This document shows, piece by piece, positions 30,265 to 43,778 of a DNA stretch of 64,000 bases. Every line of letters begins with the position of its first letter. Within the stretch, counting starts at the first letter, position 1. A program made the translations under genes and the position numbers. The notes below the pieces were generated by a model. It saw only the letters and a list, made by a program, of their open reading frames with translations. It made no database searches and was not told the origin of the DNA. Origin of the DNA: Bacteroidota bacterium (lineage in GTDB: Bacteria > Bacteroidota > Bacteroidia > UBA7662); contig JAIXRA010000016.1 in the NCBI GenBank assembly GCA_027485465.1, positions 6 to 64,005 of the forward strand. The letters run 5' to 3'.

Positions 30265-31053
30265 ATGGGACAAAAAACCAATCCAATCAGCTTGAGGCTG
30301 GGATATATCAAAGGCTGGGACTCCAACTGGTTTGGCGGCAAGAATTATGCCGACAAAATTCTCGAGGATGACAAAATTCGTCGCTACCTCAGTGCGCGTA
30401 TCAACAACAGTGGTATTTCCAAGTTGGTGATTGAGCGTACACTCAAGCGGATCATTATCACGATTCATACCAGCCGTCCTGGTATTGTTATCGGAAAAGG
30501 TGGCCAGGAAGTGGATCGAATCAAGGAAGAAATCAAGAAGCTCACCCAAAAGGAGATCCAGATCAATATCCATGAGATCAAGAAACCCGAGCTGGAAGCT
30601 GCTTTGGTTGCCGAGGGCATTGCCCGTCAGCTCGAAGGTCGTGTTTCATTTCGTCGTGCGATGAAGATGGCATTGGCCTCTACCATGCGTCTCAATGCCG
30701 AGGGTATCAAGGTCATGGTTTCGGGTCGTCTAGGTGGTGCAGAAATTGCACGTACTGAACAATACAAAGAAGGCCGCATTCCCCTGCACACCCTACGTGC
30801 TGACATTGATTACGCTCTCAAAGAAGCCCAAACCGTTTACGGAAAAATTGGGGTTAAAGTCTGGATTTGTCGGGGCGAAGTTTTCGGAAAGCGCGATTTG
30901 TCTCCCAATGTAGGAGTCAGTGCTGGCGGTGGTCGTTCCGAACAGGGTGGTGGTCGTGGAGACCGTCCAGGTGGTGGTCGTGGTGATCGCCGCGGGCCCC
31001 GTGGAGAAGGTCGTTCCGAAGGACGTGGGGGAGATCGCCGCAACAGAAGCTAA
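30265..31053 (+). CDS. rpsC: 30S ribosomal protein S3 with a Gly/Arg-rich C-terminal extension
   Basis: KH domain ([11 protein letters not shown]) plus a ~45-aa GGGRG/DRR repeat tail. Confidence 0.93.
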   Translation: MGQKTNPISLRLGYIKGWDSNWFGGKNYADKILEDDKIRRYLSARINNSGISKLVIERTLKRIIITIHTSRPGIVIGKGGQEVDRIKEEIKKLTQKEIQINIHEIKKPELEAALVAEGIARQLEGRVSFRRAMKMALASTMRLNAEGIKVMVSGRLGGAEIARTEQYKEGRIPLHTLRADIDYALKEAQTVYGKIGVKVWICRGEVFGKRDLSPNVGVSAGGGRSEQGGGRGDRPGGGRGDRRGPRGEGRSEGRGGDRRNRS

Positions 31054-31064
31054 AGGAAACCGAT

Positions 31065-31499
31065 ATGTTACAACCAAAAAGAACCAAATTCCGCAAAACC
31101 CACAAGGGTCGAGTTCATGGGATGGCTACCCGCGGCGCCGAGCTGTCCTTCGGTAGTTTTGGACTCAAGTCTCTCGAGGCCAAATGGATTACCTCTAGAC
31201 AAATCGAATCCGCCCGTATTGCTGTGACTCGCTTTATGAAAAGGGAAGGTCAGGTATGGATCCGTATTTTTCCGGATAAGCCAATCACCAAAAAGCCCGC
31301 TGAGGTGCGTATGGGTAAGGGTAAAGGAGCCCCGGAATATTGGGTGGCTGTTGTCAAACCCGGCACTCTGATTTTTGAAGCCGAAGGTGTTCCGCTGGAA
31401 GTTGCTCGCGAAGCCTTGCGCTTGGCGGCTCAGAAGCTTCCTGTTTCGACCTCCTTTGTGGTTCGTCGCGATTATGTCACCGAAGCCAAAAGCGCCTAA
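31065..31499 (+). CDS. rplP: 50S ribosomal protein L16
   Basis: [16 protein letters not shown]. Confidence 0.95.
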   Translation: MLQPKRTKFRKTHKGRVHGMATRGAELSFGSFGLKSLEAKWITSRQIESARIAVTRFMKREGQVWIRIFPDKPITKKPAEVRMGKGKGAPEYWVAVVKPGTLIFEAEGVPLEVAREALRLAAQKLPVSTSFVVRRDYVTEAKSA

Positions 31500-31532
31500 T
31501 CGTTTTCATCGTACCCTGTAGCCCGTTCTATC

Positions 31533-31736
31533 ATGAAGAATACCGACCTAACCGCTCTCTCCGTTACCGATTTGCAGGAGCGTATCCGTGACGAAAAAGC
31601 CAATTTGCACAAAATGCGCTTTAACCATACGGTATCACCCGTGGAAAATCCGACGCGCATTCGTCAGAGCCGCCGCGAAGTGGCCCGGATGATGACCGAA
31701 CTCAACGCCCGTCAACGCTCGAACAACAACGCATAA
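31533..31736 (+). CDS. rpmC: 50S ribosomal protein L29
   Basis: 67 aa helical protein in the L16-S17 interval. Confidence 0.88.
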   Translation: MKNTDLTALSVTDLQERIRDEKANLHKMRFNHTVSPVENPTRIRQSRREVARMMTELNARQRSNNNA

Positions 31737-31746
31737 CCTACCATTC

Positions 31747-32058
31747 ATGGAAGATTTGAATACGCCTACCGCAGCATCCCCTGCGCACACATCGACAGCC
31801 GAACAGCCACGTCGCTTTCGCAAAGAGAAAGTTGGGGTGGTGGTTTCCAATAAAATGAACAAATCCATCACGATTTCGGTGGAAAAGAAAGTTAAGGACA
31901 GCATGTACCACAAGTTCATCAAGAGCTCACGCAAATTCATGGCCCATGATGAAGAGAATACATGCAATGTCGGTGACCGTGTTCGGATTGTCGAAACCCG
32001 TCCTTTGAGCAAAAACAAGTGCTGGCGCCTCGTAGAAGTAATCGAACGAGCGAAGTAA
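31747..32058 (+). CDS. rpsQ: 30S ribosomal protein S17 (with ~20-aa N-terminal extension)
   Basis: ..[42 protein letters not shown]. Confidence 0.9.
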   Translation: MEDLNTPTAASPAHTSTAEQPRRFRKEKVGVVVSNKMNKSITISVEKKVKDSMYHKFIKSSRKFMAHDEENTCNVGDRVRIVETRPLSKNKCWRLVEVIERAK

Positions 32059-32094
32059 TCTCCCCCTACAAACCCTACCCGAAAAGATCCTACC

Positions 32095-32463
32095 ATGGTA
32101 CAACAGGAAAGCCGCTTGGCCGTAGCCGATAATAGCGGCGCCAAAGAAGTTCTTTGCATCCGCGTTTTGGGCGGAACCGGCAAACGCTACGCCAGCGTTG
32201 GCGACAAAATCGTGGTTTCCATTAAATCGGCGATCCCAACCGGCAATGCCAAGAAGGGTACCGTGTCCAAAGCCGTCGTCGTGCGGACCGCCAAAGAAGT
32301 ACGTCGTCGGGATGGTTCTTACATCCGTTTTGATGACAACGCGGTTGTTTTGTTAAATGCACAGGATGAGCCCCGTGGAACCCGCATTTTTGGCCCGGTT
32401 GCCAGAGAATTGCGTGAAAAACAGTTCATGAAAATTGTTTCACTGGCCCCTGAAGTCCTTTAA
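32095..32463 (+). CDS. rplN: 50S ribosomal protein L14
   Basis: [17 protein letters not shown]. Confidence 0.95.
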   Translation: MVQQESRLAVADNSGAKEVLCIRVLGGTGKRYASVGDKIVVSIKSAIPTGNAKKGTVSKAVVVRTAKEVRRRDGSYIRFDDNAVVLLNAQDEPRGTRIFGPVARELREKQFMKIVSLAPEVL

Positions 32464-32477
32464 GAATTTTTGATGTT

Positions 32478-32825
32478 ATGAAAAAGTCCAAGAATCACGA
32501 AATCCCTATTGCCAAACCCAAACTCCGCAAAGGAGATTTGGTTCAGGTAATTGCCGGTGACAGCCGTGGCAAACAAGGCCGCATCCTTCAAATGGTACGC
32601 GAAACCAATCGTGCCGTTGTTGAAGGCTTGAACCTGGTCAGCCGTCACACGAAACCCTCTGCGACATCACCCAACGGAGGCATTATCAAGAAAGAAGCCC
32701 CGATTCATTTGTCCAACTTGCAATTGGTTGTGGCAGGTAAGCCAACGCGCGTCGGTCGCAAAACCAACGAGGCCGGAGAGCTGGTCCGTTTCGCCAAATC
32801 CAACCAGGAAATAATCCCGTCATGA
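32478..32825 (+). CDS. rplX: 50S ribosomal protein L24
   Basis: KOW motif ([22 protein letters not shown]). Confidence 0.93.
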   Translation: MKKSKNHEIPIAKPKLRKGDLVQVIAGDSRGKQGRILQMVRETNRAVVEGLNLVSRHTKPSATSPNGGIIKKEAPIHLSNLQLVVAGKPTRVGRKTNEAGELVRFAKSNQEIIPS

Positions 32826-33379
32826 GCTATCAGGTACGACTTAAAGTCAAATACAACACGGAGGTCGTTTCGGCCCTCAAGGAAAAGTTTGGATACAAAA
32901 ACGTCATGGAGGTTCCTCGCCTTACCAAGATTTGTATCAACCAAGGGGTCGGTGCAGCCGTCTCTGACAAGAAATTGATTGACAATGCTTTGGGCGAAAT
33001 TACCCAAATCACCGGTCAGAAGCCCATCGCTACGTTGTCCCGGAAAGCGATCTCTAACTTTAAGCTCCGCGAAAAAATGCCTATTGGGGTCAAAGTAACC
33101 CTCCGAAACGAACGGATGTATGAGTTTTTGGACCGTTTGGTGGCTGTTGCATTGCCCCGTGTTCGGGATTTCAAAGGCATACCATCCAAGGGTTTTGATG
33201 GCCGTGGTAATTACACTTTGGGTGTAACAGAACAAATTATTTTCCCAGAGATCAACATTGACAAGGTCAGCAAGATCAATGGTATGCATATCACTTTTGT
33301 AACAACGGCCCGCAACGACGAAGAAGCCAAGGCACTCCTGGCCGAATTGGGTCTTCCCTTCAAATCTTCAAAGAACTAA
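32822..33379 (+). CDS. rplE: 50S ribosomal protein L5
   Basis: Conserved L5, spc operon order. Confidence 0.95.
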   Translation: MSYQVRLKVKYNTEVVSALKEKFGYKNVMEVPRLTKICINQGVGAAVSDKKLIDNALGEITQITGQKPIATLSRKAISNFKLREKMPIGVKVTLRNERMYEFLDRLVAVALPRVRDFKGIPSKGFDGRGNYTLGVTEQIIFPEINIDKVSKINGMHITFVTTARNDEEAKALLAELGLPFKSSKN

Positions 33380-33382
33380 ATC

Positions 33383-33652
33383 ATGGCCAAAGAAGGTATC
33401 AAAGCCCGCGATAAGAAACGCCTCAAAACCGTTGAGCGCTACGCCGCCAAGCGTAAAGCCCTCAAAGAAGCCGGTGATGTTTTGGGTTTGCAGAAGCTGC
33501 CCAGGAACGCATCTCCAGTCCGCATTCACAACCGTTGCAGTATCTCCGGTCGCCCCCGGGGCTTTATGCGTCAGTTCGGTATCTCCAGGGTCTTGTTCCG
33601 CAAGATGGCTTCGAACGGCCTCATTCCGGGTGTCACCAAAGCCTCCTGGTAA
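33383..33652 (+). CDS. rpsN: 30S ribosomal protein S14 (long, 89-aa, zinc-independent form)
   Basis: 89 aa ending ..[11 protein letters not shown], with no CxxC pairs. Confidence 0.92.
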   Translation: MAKEGIKARDKKRLKTVERYAAKRKALKEAGDVLGLQKLPRNASPVRIHNRCSISGRPRGFMRQFGISRVLFRKMASNGLIPGVTKASW

Positions 33653-33685
33653 TCCTCCTCTTATTGAATTTACGACCCGTATTTT

Positions 33686-34081
33686 ATGACTGATCCAATT
33701 GCCGATTACCTAACCCGCCTGCGCAATGCGCTGAAGGCCCGTCATCGTATTGTTGAAATTCCGGCCTCCAACACCAAAAAAGCCATCACACAGGTTCTTT
33801 TTGAGAAAGGCTATATTGCTAATTACAAGTTTGAGGACGAAGGACCCCAAGGTCATATCAAAATCGCTCTCAAATACATTCCCGGTACCGGTGAGCCCGT
33901 TATCCAAAAGCTTACTCGCGTTAGCCGTCCAGGTCTTCGCCTTTACAAAGGAGTCGAGGAGATGCCAAGGGTTATCAACGGCCTTGGTATCGCCATCCTT
34001 TCCACCAACAAGGGTATCATGACCGACAAAGAAGCCAGAAGGTTGAATGTCGGGGGTGAAGTTCTTTGTTACGTTTCCTAA
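33686..34081 (+). CDS. rpsH: 30S ribosomal protein S8
   Basis: MTDPIADYLTRLRNA. Confidence 0.95.
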   Translation: MTDPIADYLTRLRNALKARHRIVEIPASNTKKAITQVLFEKGYIANYKFEDEGPQGHIKIALKYIPGTGEPVIQKLTRVSRPGLRLYKGVEEMPRVINGLGIAILSTNKGIMTDKEARRLNVGGEVLCYVS

Positions 34082-34112
34082 TCCGGTCATCTTAAGAACC
34101 AACAATCGCATC

Positions 34113-34667
34113 ATGTCACGAATAGGCAAGCTTCCGCTCAGTATTCCCTCCGGGGTTCAAGTCCTCATGGACAAAAATAACGTTACGGTAAAGGGCCCCA
34201 AGGGTGAATTGTCCCGTTTGGTTGATCCGGATATCCGTCTGGAAATGGTCGACGGTGTTATCACGGTCAGTCGTCCAACCGATAGCAAGCGTCATCGCGC
34301 GCTTCACGGCCTTTACAGAGCCCTCCTGGCCAACATGGTCCACGGTGTTTCCGAAGGATATACCTTGCAGCAAGAATTGGTGGGCGTCGGTTACCGCGCC
34401 AACGCCAATGGACAATTTCTAGAATTGGCCCTGGGTTATTCGCATGATATCGTTATGCAAATCCCCAAAGAAGTCAAATTGGCCACCGAAACGCTCAAGG
34501 GTAAGAACCCGATCATCACCCTTAACAGTCATGACAAAGAGCTGTTGGGTCAGGTTGCTGCCAAAATCCGTTCACTGCGTGCTCCAGAGCCTTACAAAGG
34601 AAAGGGTATCCGCTTTGTGAACGAAATCATCCGCAAAAAAGCCGGTAAATCGGCCTCTAAGAAATAA
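34113..34667 (+). CDS. rplF: 50S ribosomal protein L6
   Basis: [12 protein letters not shown] start at internal ATG 34113; the ORF-track extension overlaps rpsH. Confidence 0.93.
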   Translation: MSRIGKLPLSIPSGVQVLMDKNNVTVKGPKGELSRLVDPDIRLEMVDGVITVSRPTDSKRHRALHGLYRALLANMVHGVSEGYTLQQELVGVGYRANANGQFLELALGYSHDIVMQIPKEVKLATETLKGKNPIITLNSHDKELLGQVAAKIRSLRAPEPYKGKGIRFVNEIIRKKAGKSASKK

Positions 34668-34696
34668 TCGCTAACCAAAACTCCCAAAAACATCCC

Positions 34697-35053
34697 ATGG
34701 CCTACGACCGTACCGAACGTCGCTCCCGCATACACAGGGGGATACGCAAGAAAATCACCGGTTCCGGTGAGCGTCCCCGTTTATCGGTGTTTCGTTCCAA
34801 TACCGAAATCTACGCCCAGATTATTGATGACGACCAAGGCCGTACGCTCTGCGCAGCCTCTACTCGTGAGAAATCCCTCAAAGGAATGAATGTCAAGCGG
34901 ATTGAGCAATCCACAGCGGTTGGAAAACTCTTGGCCGAAAAAGCCTTGGCAGCCGGCGTAAACAAGGTCGTTTTTGACCGGGGTGGCTATTTGTATCACG
35001 GTCGGGTGAAGGCCTTGGCCGAAGGTGCTCGTGAAGGTGGGCTTCAATTCTAA
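34697..35053 (+). CDS. rplR: 50S ribosomal protein L18
   Basis: Conserved L18. Confidence 0.93.
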   Translation: MAYDRTERRSRIHRGIRKKITGSGERPRLSVFRSNTEIYAQIIDDDQGRTLCAASTREKSLKGMNVKRIEQSTAVGKLLAEKALAAGVNKVVFDRGGYLYHGRVKALAEGAREGGLQF

Positions 35054-35067
35054 ACTGAAATATTGTT

Positions 35068-35586
35068 ATGTCAACTACAGATATTCGCAGGGTTAAGGCC
35101 AGCGAGATAGAACTTAAGGATCGTTTGGTGAGTGTTCAGCGCGTTGCCAAGGTGACCAAAGGTGGACGGACCTTTTCTTTTTCGGCCATTGTGGTCGTTG
35201 GGGACGAACAAGGGATCGTGGGCTATGGTTTGGGTAAAGCCAAAGAAGTATCGGAGGCGATTGCCAAGGGTATTGATGATGCCAAGAAATCTTTGATCAA
35301 GGTTCCGGTCTTCAAGGGGACCATTCCTCACGAAGCCGAAGGAAAGTTCGGAGGGGGTTTGGTCTTCATCAAACCGGCTACGCATGGTACCGGTGTTATT
35401 GCCGGTGGTGCGATGCGTGCCGTTTTGGAGAGTGCCGGGATTACCGACGTTTTGGCCAAATCCAAAGGTTCTTCCAACCCGCACAACGTGGTCAAGGCAA
35501 CGATGGCGGCCCTTGGTGCCTTGAGGGATCCCCACACCGTTTCCCAGCATCGTTCGGTTTCGGTTTCCAAAGTATTCAACGGTTAA
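35068..35586 (+). CDS. rpsE: 30S ribosomal protein S5
   Basis: dsRBD plus S5 domain (..[20 protein letters not shown]..). Confidence 0.95.
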   Translation: MSTTDIRRVKASEIELKDRLVSVQRVAKVTKGGRTFSFSAIVVVGDEQGIVGYGLGKAKEVSEAIAKGIDDAKKSLIKVPVFKGTIPHEAEGKFGGGLVFIKPATHGTGVIAGGAMRAVLESAGITDVLAKSKGSSNPHNVVKATMAALGALRDPHTVSQHRSVSVSKVFNG

Positions 35587-35591
35587 TTGTT

Positions 35592-35771
35592 ATGGCAACT
35601 TATCAAATCACCCAAGTCAAGAGTGCCATTGGCCGTACGGAGCGCCAAAAGCGCACGTTGGTGGCCCTGGGCCTCAAAAAGAACCAAAGCACTGTCCGCC
35701 AAGAGGGTACCCCTCAGGTTTTGGGCATGCTCGAAAAAGTTAAACATCTGGTAAAAATCGAGGAGATCTAA
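35592..35771 (+). CDS. rpmD: 50S ribosomal protein L30
   Basis: 59-aa ORF MATYQITQVKSAIGRTERQKRTLVALGLKK.. found by eye between rpsE and rplO. It is below the ORF-track length cutoff. Confidence 0.88.
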   Translation: MATYQITQVKSAIGRTERQKRTLVALGLKKNQSTVRQEGTPQVLGMLEKVKHLVKIEEI

Positions 35772-35773
35772 TC

Positions 35774-36238
35774 ATGGATTTAAGCAAAATTTCCCCTGCC
35801 GAGGGCAGTGTACACCGGACCAAGCGTATTGGCCGCGGTGAAGGTTCTGGCCGTGGTGGTACTTCCACCAAGGGGCACAAAGGAGCGCAGGCCCGAACCG
35901 GCTATTCCTCCAAGCCAGGATTTGAAGGCGGTCAGATGCCTCTCAAATTGCGTGTTCCGAAATTCGGCTTCAAGAGTCGTAACCGCGTTGAATACATCGC
36001 TGTGAACCTGGATCAGTTGCAGAACCTGCACGAAGCCCACGGTGCGTCCGAAATGACTCCCGCGTTTTTTGCACAGCATGGATTTGGAGCGTCGAGGGGA
36101 AGCCGTATCAAAATTTTGGGTCGCGGAGAATTATCCGGCGCCATCAAGGTGCAGGCTCATGCCTTCAGTGCAACCGCCAAAGCCCGTATTGAGGCAGCCG
36201 GTGGATCCGTCACTGCAGTCCAAACCACCTCCAACTAA
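35774..36238 (+). CDS. rplO: 50S ribosomal protein L15
   Basis: Gly/Arg-rich N-terminus (GRGEGSGRGGTSTKGHKG). Confidence 0.93.
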   Translation: MDLSKISPAEGSVHRTKRIGRGEGSGRGGTSTKGHKGAQARTGYSSKPGFEGGQMPLKLRVPKFGFKSRNRVEYIAVNLDQLQNLHEAHGASEMTPAFFAQHGFGASRGSRIKILGRGELSGAIKVQAHAFSATAKARIEAAGGSVTAVQTTSN

Positions 36239-36248
36239 GCCCACACTC

Positions 36249-37616
36249 ATGAACAAGTTCATCGAAACCCTACGGAATATCTTCCGGATTGAGGAGTTGA
36301 AGGATCGGATTGTTCTGACCTTTGCCCTCCTCCTGGTTTACCGTTTGGGTTCTTATGTGGTCCTACCGGGCATTGATCCGGTGGTCCTCGAGCGCTTGAA
36401 CCCTACGGGTGGTTCGGCTGGCTTGACCGGTTTGATTGACCTCTTTGCGGGTGGTGCCTTTTCGCGTGCCTCCATTTTCGCTTTGGGGATCATGCCTTAT
36501 ATCTCGGCCTCTATCGTCGTCCAATTAATGGGCATGGTGATTCCCTCTTTCCAGAAAATGATGAAGGAAGGGGAAAGTGGTCGCAACAAAATCAACCAAA
36601 TCACCCGTTACCTGACCATCGCCGTCACGGCAGCTCAGGCCATGGGCTTTTTGATCAACCTCAAGGCCCAGTCTTTGGAGGCCATCATCCTACGCTCCGG
36701 TGATACCCTTGATTTTTCTTTCGTTTTATCTACGGTGATTGTTTTGACGGCGGGTACCATGTTCGTGATGTGGCTTGGTGAAAAAATCACCGACAAGGGT
36801 CTAGGGAATGGAACCTCCCTGATTATTATGGTGGGGATTATCGCTCAATTGCCCGATGCTCTGATTGCTGAGTTTCAGTTTCGTTCCGGAGCCGGTGGTG
36901 GTGGCTTGATTCCATTCTTGGTAGAAATCGCCATGCTGGCGGTGGTGGTGGGCCTGACCATACTTTTGGTTCAGGGCACCCGCAAAATCCCTCTTCAGGT
37001 GGCCAAACGCGTTGTGGGCAACCGGGTTTACGGCGGTCAGCGTCAACACATTCCCATCAAAGTGAATGCTGCCGGGGTTATGCCGATCATCTTTGCCCAG
37101 GCTATCATGTTTTTGCCTGCAACGGTTGCGCAGTTCTTTCCAGAATCCGATCTGAGTGCCGGTGTCATGGCGGCCTTTGTGGACTACACGGGTGTTACCT
37201 ACAATGTTGTTCTGGCCCTTCTCATTGTTGTCTTTACTTATTTCTACACTTCGCTTTCGGTGAATGCCAACCAAATGTCCGAGGACCTGAAGAGGAACGG
37301 CGCGTTTATTCCCGGTGTTAAGCCCGGTCGTAGCACCGCTGAATACATTGACGATGTTTTGGCTCGCATCACCCTCCCTGGTTCGTTGTTTCTTGCCGGT
37401 GTGGCCATTTTGCCTGCTGTAGCGATCATCCTGGGTGTCAATTCTCAGTTCGCCCAGTTCTATGGTGGAACTTCCTTGTTGATTTTGGTTGGGGTTATTT
37501 TGGATAGCTTGGCCCAGATCGAAACCCATCTGCTGAATCGTCACTACGACGGACTTATGAAATCGGGTCGTATCAAGGGACGCTCCAACAATATTATGGA
37601 GGGCCCCCGAGCCTAA
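36249..37616 (+). CDS. secY: Preprotein translocase subunit SecY
   Basis: [21 protein letters not shown].., 10 TM helices. The ORF-track 5' extension overlaps rplO and is rejected. Confidence 0.93.
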   Translation: MNKFIETLRNIFRIEELKDRIVLTFALLLVYRLGSYVVLPGIDPVVLERLNPTGGSAGLTGLIDLFAGGAFSRASIFALGIMPYISASIVVQLMGMVIPSFQKMMKEGESGRNKINQITRYLTIAVTAAQAMGFLINLKAQSLEAIILRSGDTLDFSFVLSTVIVLTAGTMFVMWLGEKITDKGLGNGTSLIIMVGIIAQLPDALIAEFQFRSGAGGGGLIPFLVEIAMLAVVVGLTILLVQGTRKIPLQVAKRVVGNRVYGGQRQHIPIKVNAAGVMPIIFAQAIMFLPATVAQFFPESDLSAGVMAAFVDYTGVTYNVVLALLIVVFTYFYTSLSVNANQMSEDLKRNGAFIPGVKPGRSTAEYIDDVLARITLPGSLFLAGVAILPAVAIILGVNSQFAQFYGGTSLLILVGVILDSLAQIETHLLNRHYDGLMKSGRIKGRSNNIMEGPRA

Positions 37617-37621
37617 AATTT

Positions 37622-37837
37622 ATGGCCAAGCAGACCTCCATCAAGCAAGACGGCGTCATTCTCGAAGCCTTATCCAACGCCATGTTTCGTGTGGAATTGG
37701 AAAATGGTCACGTGATTGTTTCCCACATCTCGGGGAAGATGAGAATGAACTATATCAAGATTTTGCCTGGTGACAAAGTGCAGGTTGAAATGTCCCCTTA
37801 TGATCTAACCAAAGGCCGTATTTGTTACCGCTATTAA
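37622..37837 (+). CDS. infA: Translation initiation factor IF-1
   Basis: 71 aa S1-like OB fold, conserved IF-1. Confidence 0.95.
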   Translation: MAKQTSIKQDGVILEALSNAMFRVELENGHVIVSHISGKMRMNYIKILPGDKVQVEMSPYDLTKGRICYRY

Positions 37838-37863
37838 CCCATTAACACCCCAAACGAGCGCAT

Positions 37864-37980
37864 ATGAAAGTTAAAGCCTCCGTCAAAAAAAGGAGCATAG
37901 AGTGCAAAGTGGTTCGCCGCAAAGGCAAGCTCTATGTCATTAACAAGAAGAACCCCAAGTTTAAACAAAGACAAGGATAA
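37864..37980 (+). CDS. rpmJ: 50S ribosomal protein L36 (C-less form)
   Basis: 38-aa [41 protein letters not shown] found by eye. It is below the ORF-track cutoff and has only one Cys. Confidence 0.88.
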   Translation: MKVKASVKKRSIECKVVRRKGKLYVINKKNPKFKQRQG

Positions 37981-37982
37981 TT

Positions 37983-38360
37983 ATGGCAAGGATAGCTGGC
38001 ATTGACCTGCCCCGTAACAAAAGAGGTGAAATCGGGCTCACCTACATCTTTGGGATAGGACGCTCCTCCTCCCGCAAAATTCTGGCTAATGCCGGGGTTG
38101 ACATGAACACTAAAGTAGGTGAATGGGACGACGAACAGCTGAACGCGATTCGTAAGCTCATTACGGACGAGTTCAGAGTGGAGGGCGAGCTTCGTTCCGA
38201 GGTTCAACTTAACATTAAGCGTTTGATGGACATCGGTTGTTACCGTGGTCAGCGGCATCGTAAGGGCCTCCCCCTGCGTGGTCAGCGTACCAAAAACAAT
38301 TCGCGTACCCGCAAAGGCAAGCGCAAGACCGTGGCGAACAAGAAAAAGGTCACCAAGTAA
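37983..38360 (+). CDS. rpsM: 30S ribosomal protein S13
   Basis: [13 protein letters not shown]. Confidence 0.95.
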   Translation: MARIAGIDLPRNKRGEIGLTYIFGIGRSSSRKILANAGVDMNTKVGEWDDEQLNAIRKLITDEFRVEGELRSEVQLNIKRLMDIGCYRGQRHRKGLPLRGQRTKNNSRTRKGKRKTVANKKKVTK

Positions 38361-38384
38361 TACCCATACAACCCAGAATCATTC

Positions 38385-38774
38385 ATGGCAAAATCAACCA
38401 AAGTCGTCAAAAAGCGTGTGGTCCGTGTGGATGCCACCGGACAGGTGCATGTTCACTCCACGTTCAATAACATTATTGTTTCGGTCACCAATGCCGAGGG
38501 TCAGGTTATTTCCTGGGCTTCTGCTGGCAAAGCCGGTTTCAAGGGTTCCAAGAAAAACACACCGTATGCAGCCCAGGTGGCTGCGTCGGATTGTGCCAAG
38601 GTGGCCTACGATTTGGGGATGCGTCGCGCCGAAGTTTTTGTGAAGGGTCCGGGTTCCGGTCGGGAATCAGCGATTCGCGCCGTTTCCACTGTTGGTATCG
38701 AAGTCACCGCCATCAACGACGTAACGCCCATGCCTCACAACGGTTGCCGTCCCGCTAAGCGCCGTCGCGTTTAA
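38385..38774 (+). CDS. rpsK: 30S ribosomal protein S11
   Basis: Conserved S11. Confidence 0.95.
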   Translation: MAKSTKVVKKRVVRVDATGQVHVHSTFNNIIVSVTNAEGQVISWASAGKAGFKGSKKNTPYAAQVAASDCAKVAYDLGMRRAEVFVKGPGSGRESAIRAVSTVGIEVTAINDVTPMPHNGCRPAKRRRV

Positions 38775-38818
38775 TTCCCTTACCCGTTTTATCCCTTTTC
38801 TAACCATACGACATACCC

Positions 38819-39427
38819 ATGGCCAGATATACAGGTCCCAAAACCAAAGTTGCCCGCCGATTTAAGGAGCCCATTTTTGGGCCGGACAAAGGATTGCAAA
38901 AGAAGCAGTACGGTCCCGGTCAGCACGGTCCATCCAAACGTTCTCCCAAAAAATCTGAATACTCGGTTCAGTTGGGCGAAAAACAAAAAATGAAATACAC
39001 CTACGGGGTCTTGGAACGTCAGTTTGCCTTGACTTTCGCCAAGGCTAACCGCAAAAAAGGCAGTACCGGTGAAAACCTCATCAAGTTCCTTGAGGCCCGT
39101 CTTGATAACACTGTTTTTCGTTTGGGCATTGCCCCGACTCGCGAAGCAGGCCGTCAGTTGGTTTCTCACCGGCACATCTTGGTGAACGGCAAGGTGGTGA
39201 ACATCCCTTCGTACCAGTTGAATCCAGGCGATATCGTCGGTGTTCGTGAAAAATCCAAAAACCTTGAGACGATCGTTGATGCGGTTGGTTCCAAAATGGT
39301 TTCCAAGTTTAATTGGTTGGAATGGAATCGCGAAAAACTGGAGGGTCGTTTTGTTGATTTCCCAGAGCGCGATCAGATTCCTGAGAATTTCAAGGAGCAA
39401 CTAATTGTCGAATTGTACTCCAAGTAA
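38819..39427 (+). CDS. rpsD: 30S ribosomal protein S4
   Basis: [15 protein letters not shown]. Confidence 0.95.
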   Translation: MARYTGPKTKVARRFKEPIFGPDKGLQKKQYGPGQHGPSKRSPKKSEYSVQLGEKQKMKYTYGVLERQFALTFAKANRKKGSTGENLIKFLEARLDNTVFRLGIAPTREAGRQLVSHRHILVNGKVVNIPSYQLNPGDIVGVREKSKNLETIVDAVGSKMVSKFNWLEWNREKLEGRFVDFPERDQIPENFKEQLIVELYSK

Positions 39428-39468
39428 CCTCGGCCGTTCTCCCCTCTATCTTTTTTTAAAAAATCCCT

Positions 39469-40461
39469 ATGTCCGTAATCGTTTTTCAAAAACCTGAAAA
39501 GGTTATCATGCACAAGGCCAGCGAGTTTCAGGGGTCTTTTGAGTTCAAACCTCTGGAGCCCGGGTACGGGGTTACCATTGGCAATGCGTTGCGTCGTATC
39601 CTCCTGTCCTCTTTGCAGGGTTATGCCATTTCCTCCATTCGTGTTCCAGGTGTAGATCATGAATTCTCTACCATCAAAGGAGTGGTCGAAGATGTCATCG
39701 AATTGATTTTGAACCTCAAGCAGGTTCGTTTTAAGCCCAAAGGCGAAGGAATCGACGGTGAAAAACTCATTGTTATCCTCAAAGGCAAGGGTGCTTTCAC
39801 TGCCGGAGATATTGAACAATTTTCCAGCAATTTCAAAGTCCTCAATCCGGATTTGTTGTTGTGCACCATGGACGGTAAAATGACCTTGGAATTGGAATTG
39901 ACAATCCGCAAGGGTCGTGGGTATGTGGCGGCCGAAGACAACAAAACCGAGGACGCTCCTTTGGGTGTGGTTCCAATTGATTCGGTTTTCACGCCTATTA
40001 AGAATGTTAGCTACCAAATCGAGAATACGCGCGTTGAACAAAAAACCGACTACGAAAAATTACTTCTTGATGTGACGACCGATGGGTCCATTCATCCTGA
40101 AGATGCTTTGAAGGAGGCGGCTCGTATTCTGATTCAACATTTTGCGTTGTTTTCGGATGAGACGATGGCCCTCGAATTGGCCTCTTCGGATCCCGCGATG
40201 GAAATTGACGAGGATTTCTTGGCCAAGCGCAAATTGCTGAAGTCCAATTTGGGCGACATGAATCTTTCAGTTCGTGCTTTCAATTGCCTTAAGGCCGCTG
40301 AAATCCGTTCCTTGGCCGATTTGGTCAAGTTTGACATTGCCGACCTGTTGAAATTCCGGAATTTCGGCAAAAAATCCCTCACCGAATTGGAGGATTTGGT
40401 ACGAGAAAAGGGCCTCACTTTTGGCATGGATATTCACAAATACAAACTCGACGAAGACTAA
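39469..40461 (+). CDS. rpoA: DNA-directed RNA polymerase alpha subunit
   Basis: 330 aa with N-terminal dimerisation domain and C-terminal alpha-CTD. Confidence 0.95.
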   Translation: MSVIVFQKPEKVIMHKASEFQGSFEFKPLEPGYGVTIGNALRRILLSSLQGYAISSIRVPGVDHEFSTIKGVVEDVIELILNLKQVRFKPKGEGIDGEKLIVILKGKGAFTAGDIEQFSSNFKVLNPDLLLCTMDGKMTLELELTIRKGRGYVAAEDNKTEDAPLGVVPIDSVFTPIKNVSYQIENTRVEQKTDYEKLLLDVTTDGSIHPEDALKEAARILIQHFALFSDETMALELASSDPAMEIDEDFLAKRKLLKSNLGDMNLSVRAFNCLKAAEIRSLADLVKFDIADLLKFRNFGKKSLTELEDLVREKGLTFGMDIHKYKLDED

Positions 40462-40500
40462 GCCCCGGAAACCTAAAGAAGCTCCGCTAAAGACAACGAT

Positions 40501-41217
40501 ATGCGCCACGGAAATACCATTAACCACCTCAGTCGGACCTACGGTCATCGCAAGGCGATGCTCCGTAACATGGCCGTCTCCCTGATCATGAACAAACGAA
40601 TCAACACCACCTTGGCCAAGGCCAAAGAGTTGCGGAAGTTTGTTGAACCTGTTTTGACCCGTTCCAAGTCGGATACCATGCACAATCGTCGGATGATTTT
40701 TGCCGATTTGCAGGACAAAGAAGCCGTCAAGGAATTGTTTGCCACGGTTGCCGAAAAAATTGCGACCCGCCCTGGAGGCTATACCCGTATCATCAAGACA
40801 GGTTTTCGTTTGGGTGATGCCGCGGAAATGTGCATGATGGAATTGGTAGACTTCAACGAATTGTTGTTGGCCGATGCGGCGTCTCGCAAAGCCAAAACGA
40901 CCCGTCGTAGCCGTTCTACGAAGAAGTCAGCGACGGGTATGGAAGCTGCTGCTCCTGTAGCTGCTGCTGCAATAGCTGCTGCTGCTCCTGTTGCAGAAGT
41001 GGCTGCTCCTGAAGTTGTGGAGGAGGCTCCCGCCGTTGTGGAGGAGGTTCCCGCTGTTGTGGAGGAGGCTCCCGCCGTTGTGGAAGAGGCTCCCGCCGTT
41101 GTGGAAGAGGCTCCCGCCGTTGTGGAAGAGGCTCCCGCCGTTGTGGAGGCGGCTCCCGCCGCTGAGGAAAGCGCACCCCAGGACGAAAGCCCCGAACAAG
41201 AGGAGCCCAAAGCCTAA
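40501..41217 (+). CDS. rplQ: 50S ribosomal protein L17 with a long Ala/Glu/Pro/Val-rich repetitive C-terminal extension
   Basis: Conserved L17 core (~120 aa) followed by ~110 aa of (EAPAVVEE)n. Confidence 0.92.
   Translation: MRHGNTINHLSRTYGHRKAMLRNMAVSLIMNKRINTTLAKAKELRKFVEPVLTRSKSDTMHNRRMIFADLQDKEAVKELFATVAEKIATRPGGYTRIIKTGFRLGDAAEMCMMELVDFNELLLADAASRKAKTTRRSRSTKKSATGMEAAAPVAAAAIAAAAPVAEVAAPEVVEEAPAVVEEVPAVVEEAPAVVEEAPAVVEEAPAVVEEAPAVVEAAPAAEESAPQDESPEQEEPKA
41013..41165 (+). repeat. ~6 head-to-tail copies of a 24-nt in-frame repeat (gaggctcccgccgttgtggaggag) inside rplQ
   Basis: Near-identical tandem units encode EAPAVVEE. The antisense frame reads as a Pro/Arg-rich pseudo-ORF. Confidence 0.85.
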
Positions 41218-41224
41218 ACAATGA

Positions 41225-41251
41225 AACCCCGCCTCGGCGGGGTTTTCTTTT
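41225..41251 (+). terminator. Rho-independent terminator closing the ribosomal protein operon
   Basis: Stem CCCCGCC-tc-GGCGGGG followed by TTTTCTTTT, immediately after the rplQ stop. Confidence 0.8.
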
Positions 41252-41323
41252 GAAAGGGGTTGTGGGCTTTGGGTTGGAGGAGCCTATTTTTGTCCTTGAA
41301 ACATCATCCATTCACATACTTTC

Positions 41324-43769
<2,446 letters not shown>

Positions 43770-43778
43770 ATACTAGGC

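Noticed and set aside
36801-37544. 247-aa antisense ORF inside secY
   Set aside because: It overlaps the strongly conserved secY on the opposite strand. It is a compositional artefact.
41013-41165. Possible CRISPR-like array, considered because of regular direct repeats
   Set aside because: The repeats are contiguous with no spacers, are only 24 nt long, and lie in frame within rplQ. The same applies to the 18-nt repeats in ftsZ at 17121-17174. Neither is a CRISPR array.
40916-41311. 131-aa Pro/Arg/Glu-rich ORF ([13 protein letters not shown]...) on the minus strand
   Set aside because: It is the reverse-frame reading of the 24-nt tandem repeat in rplQ, not an independent gene.
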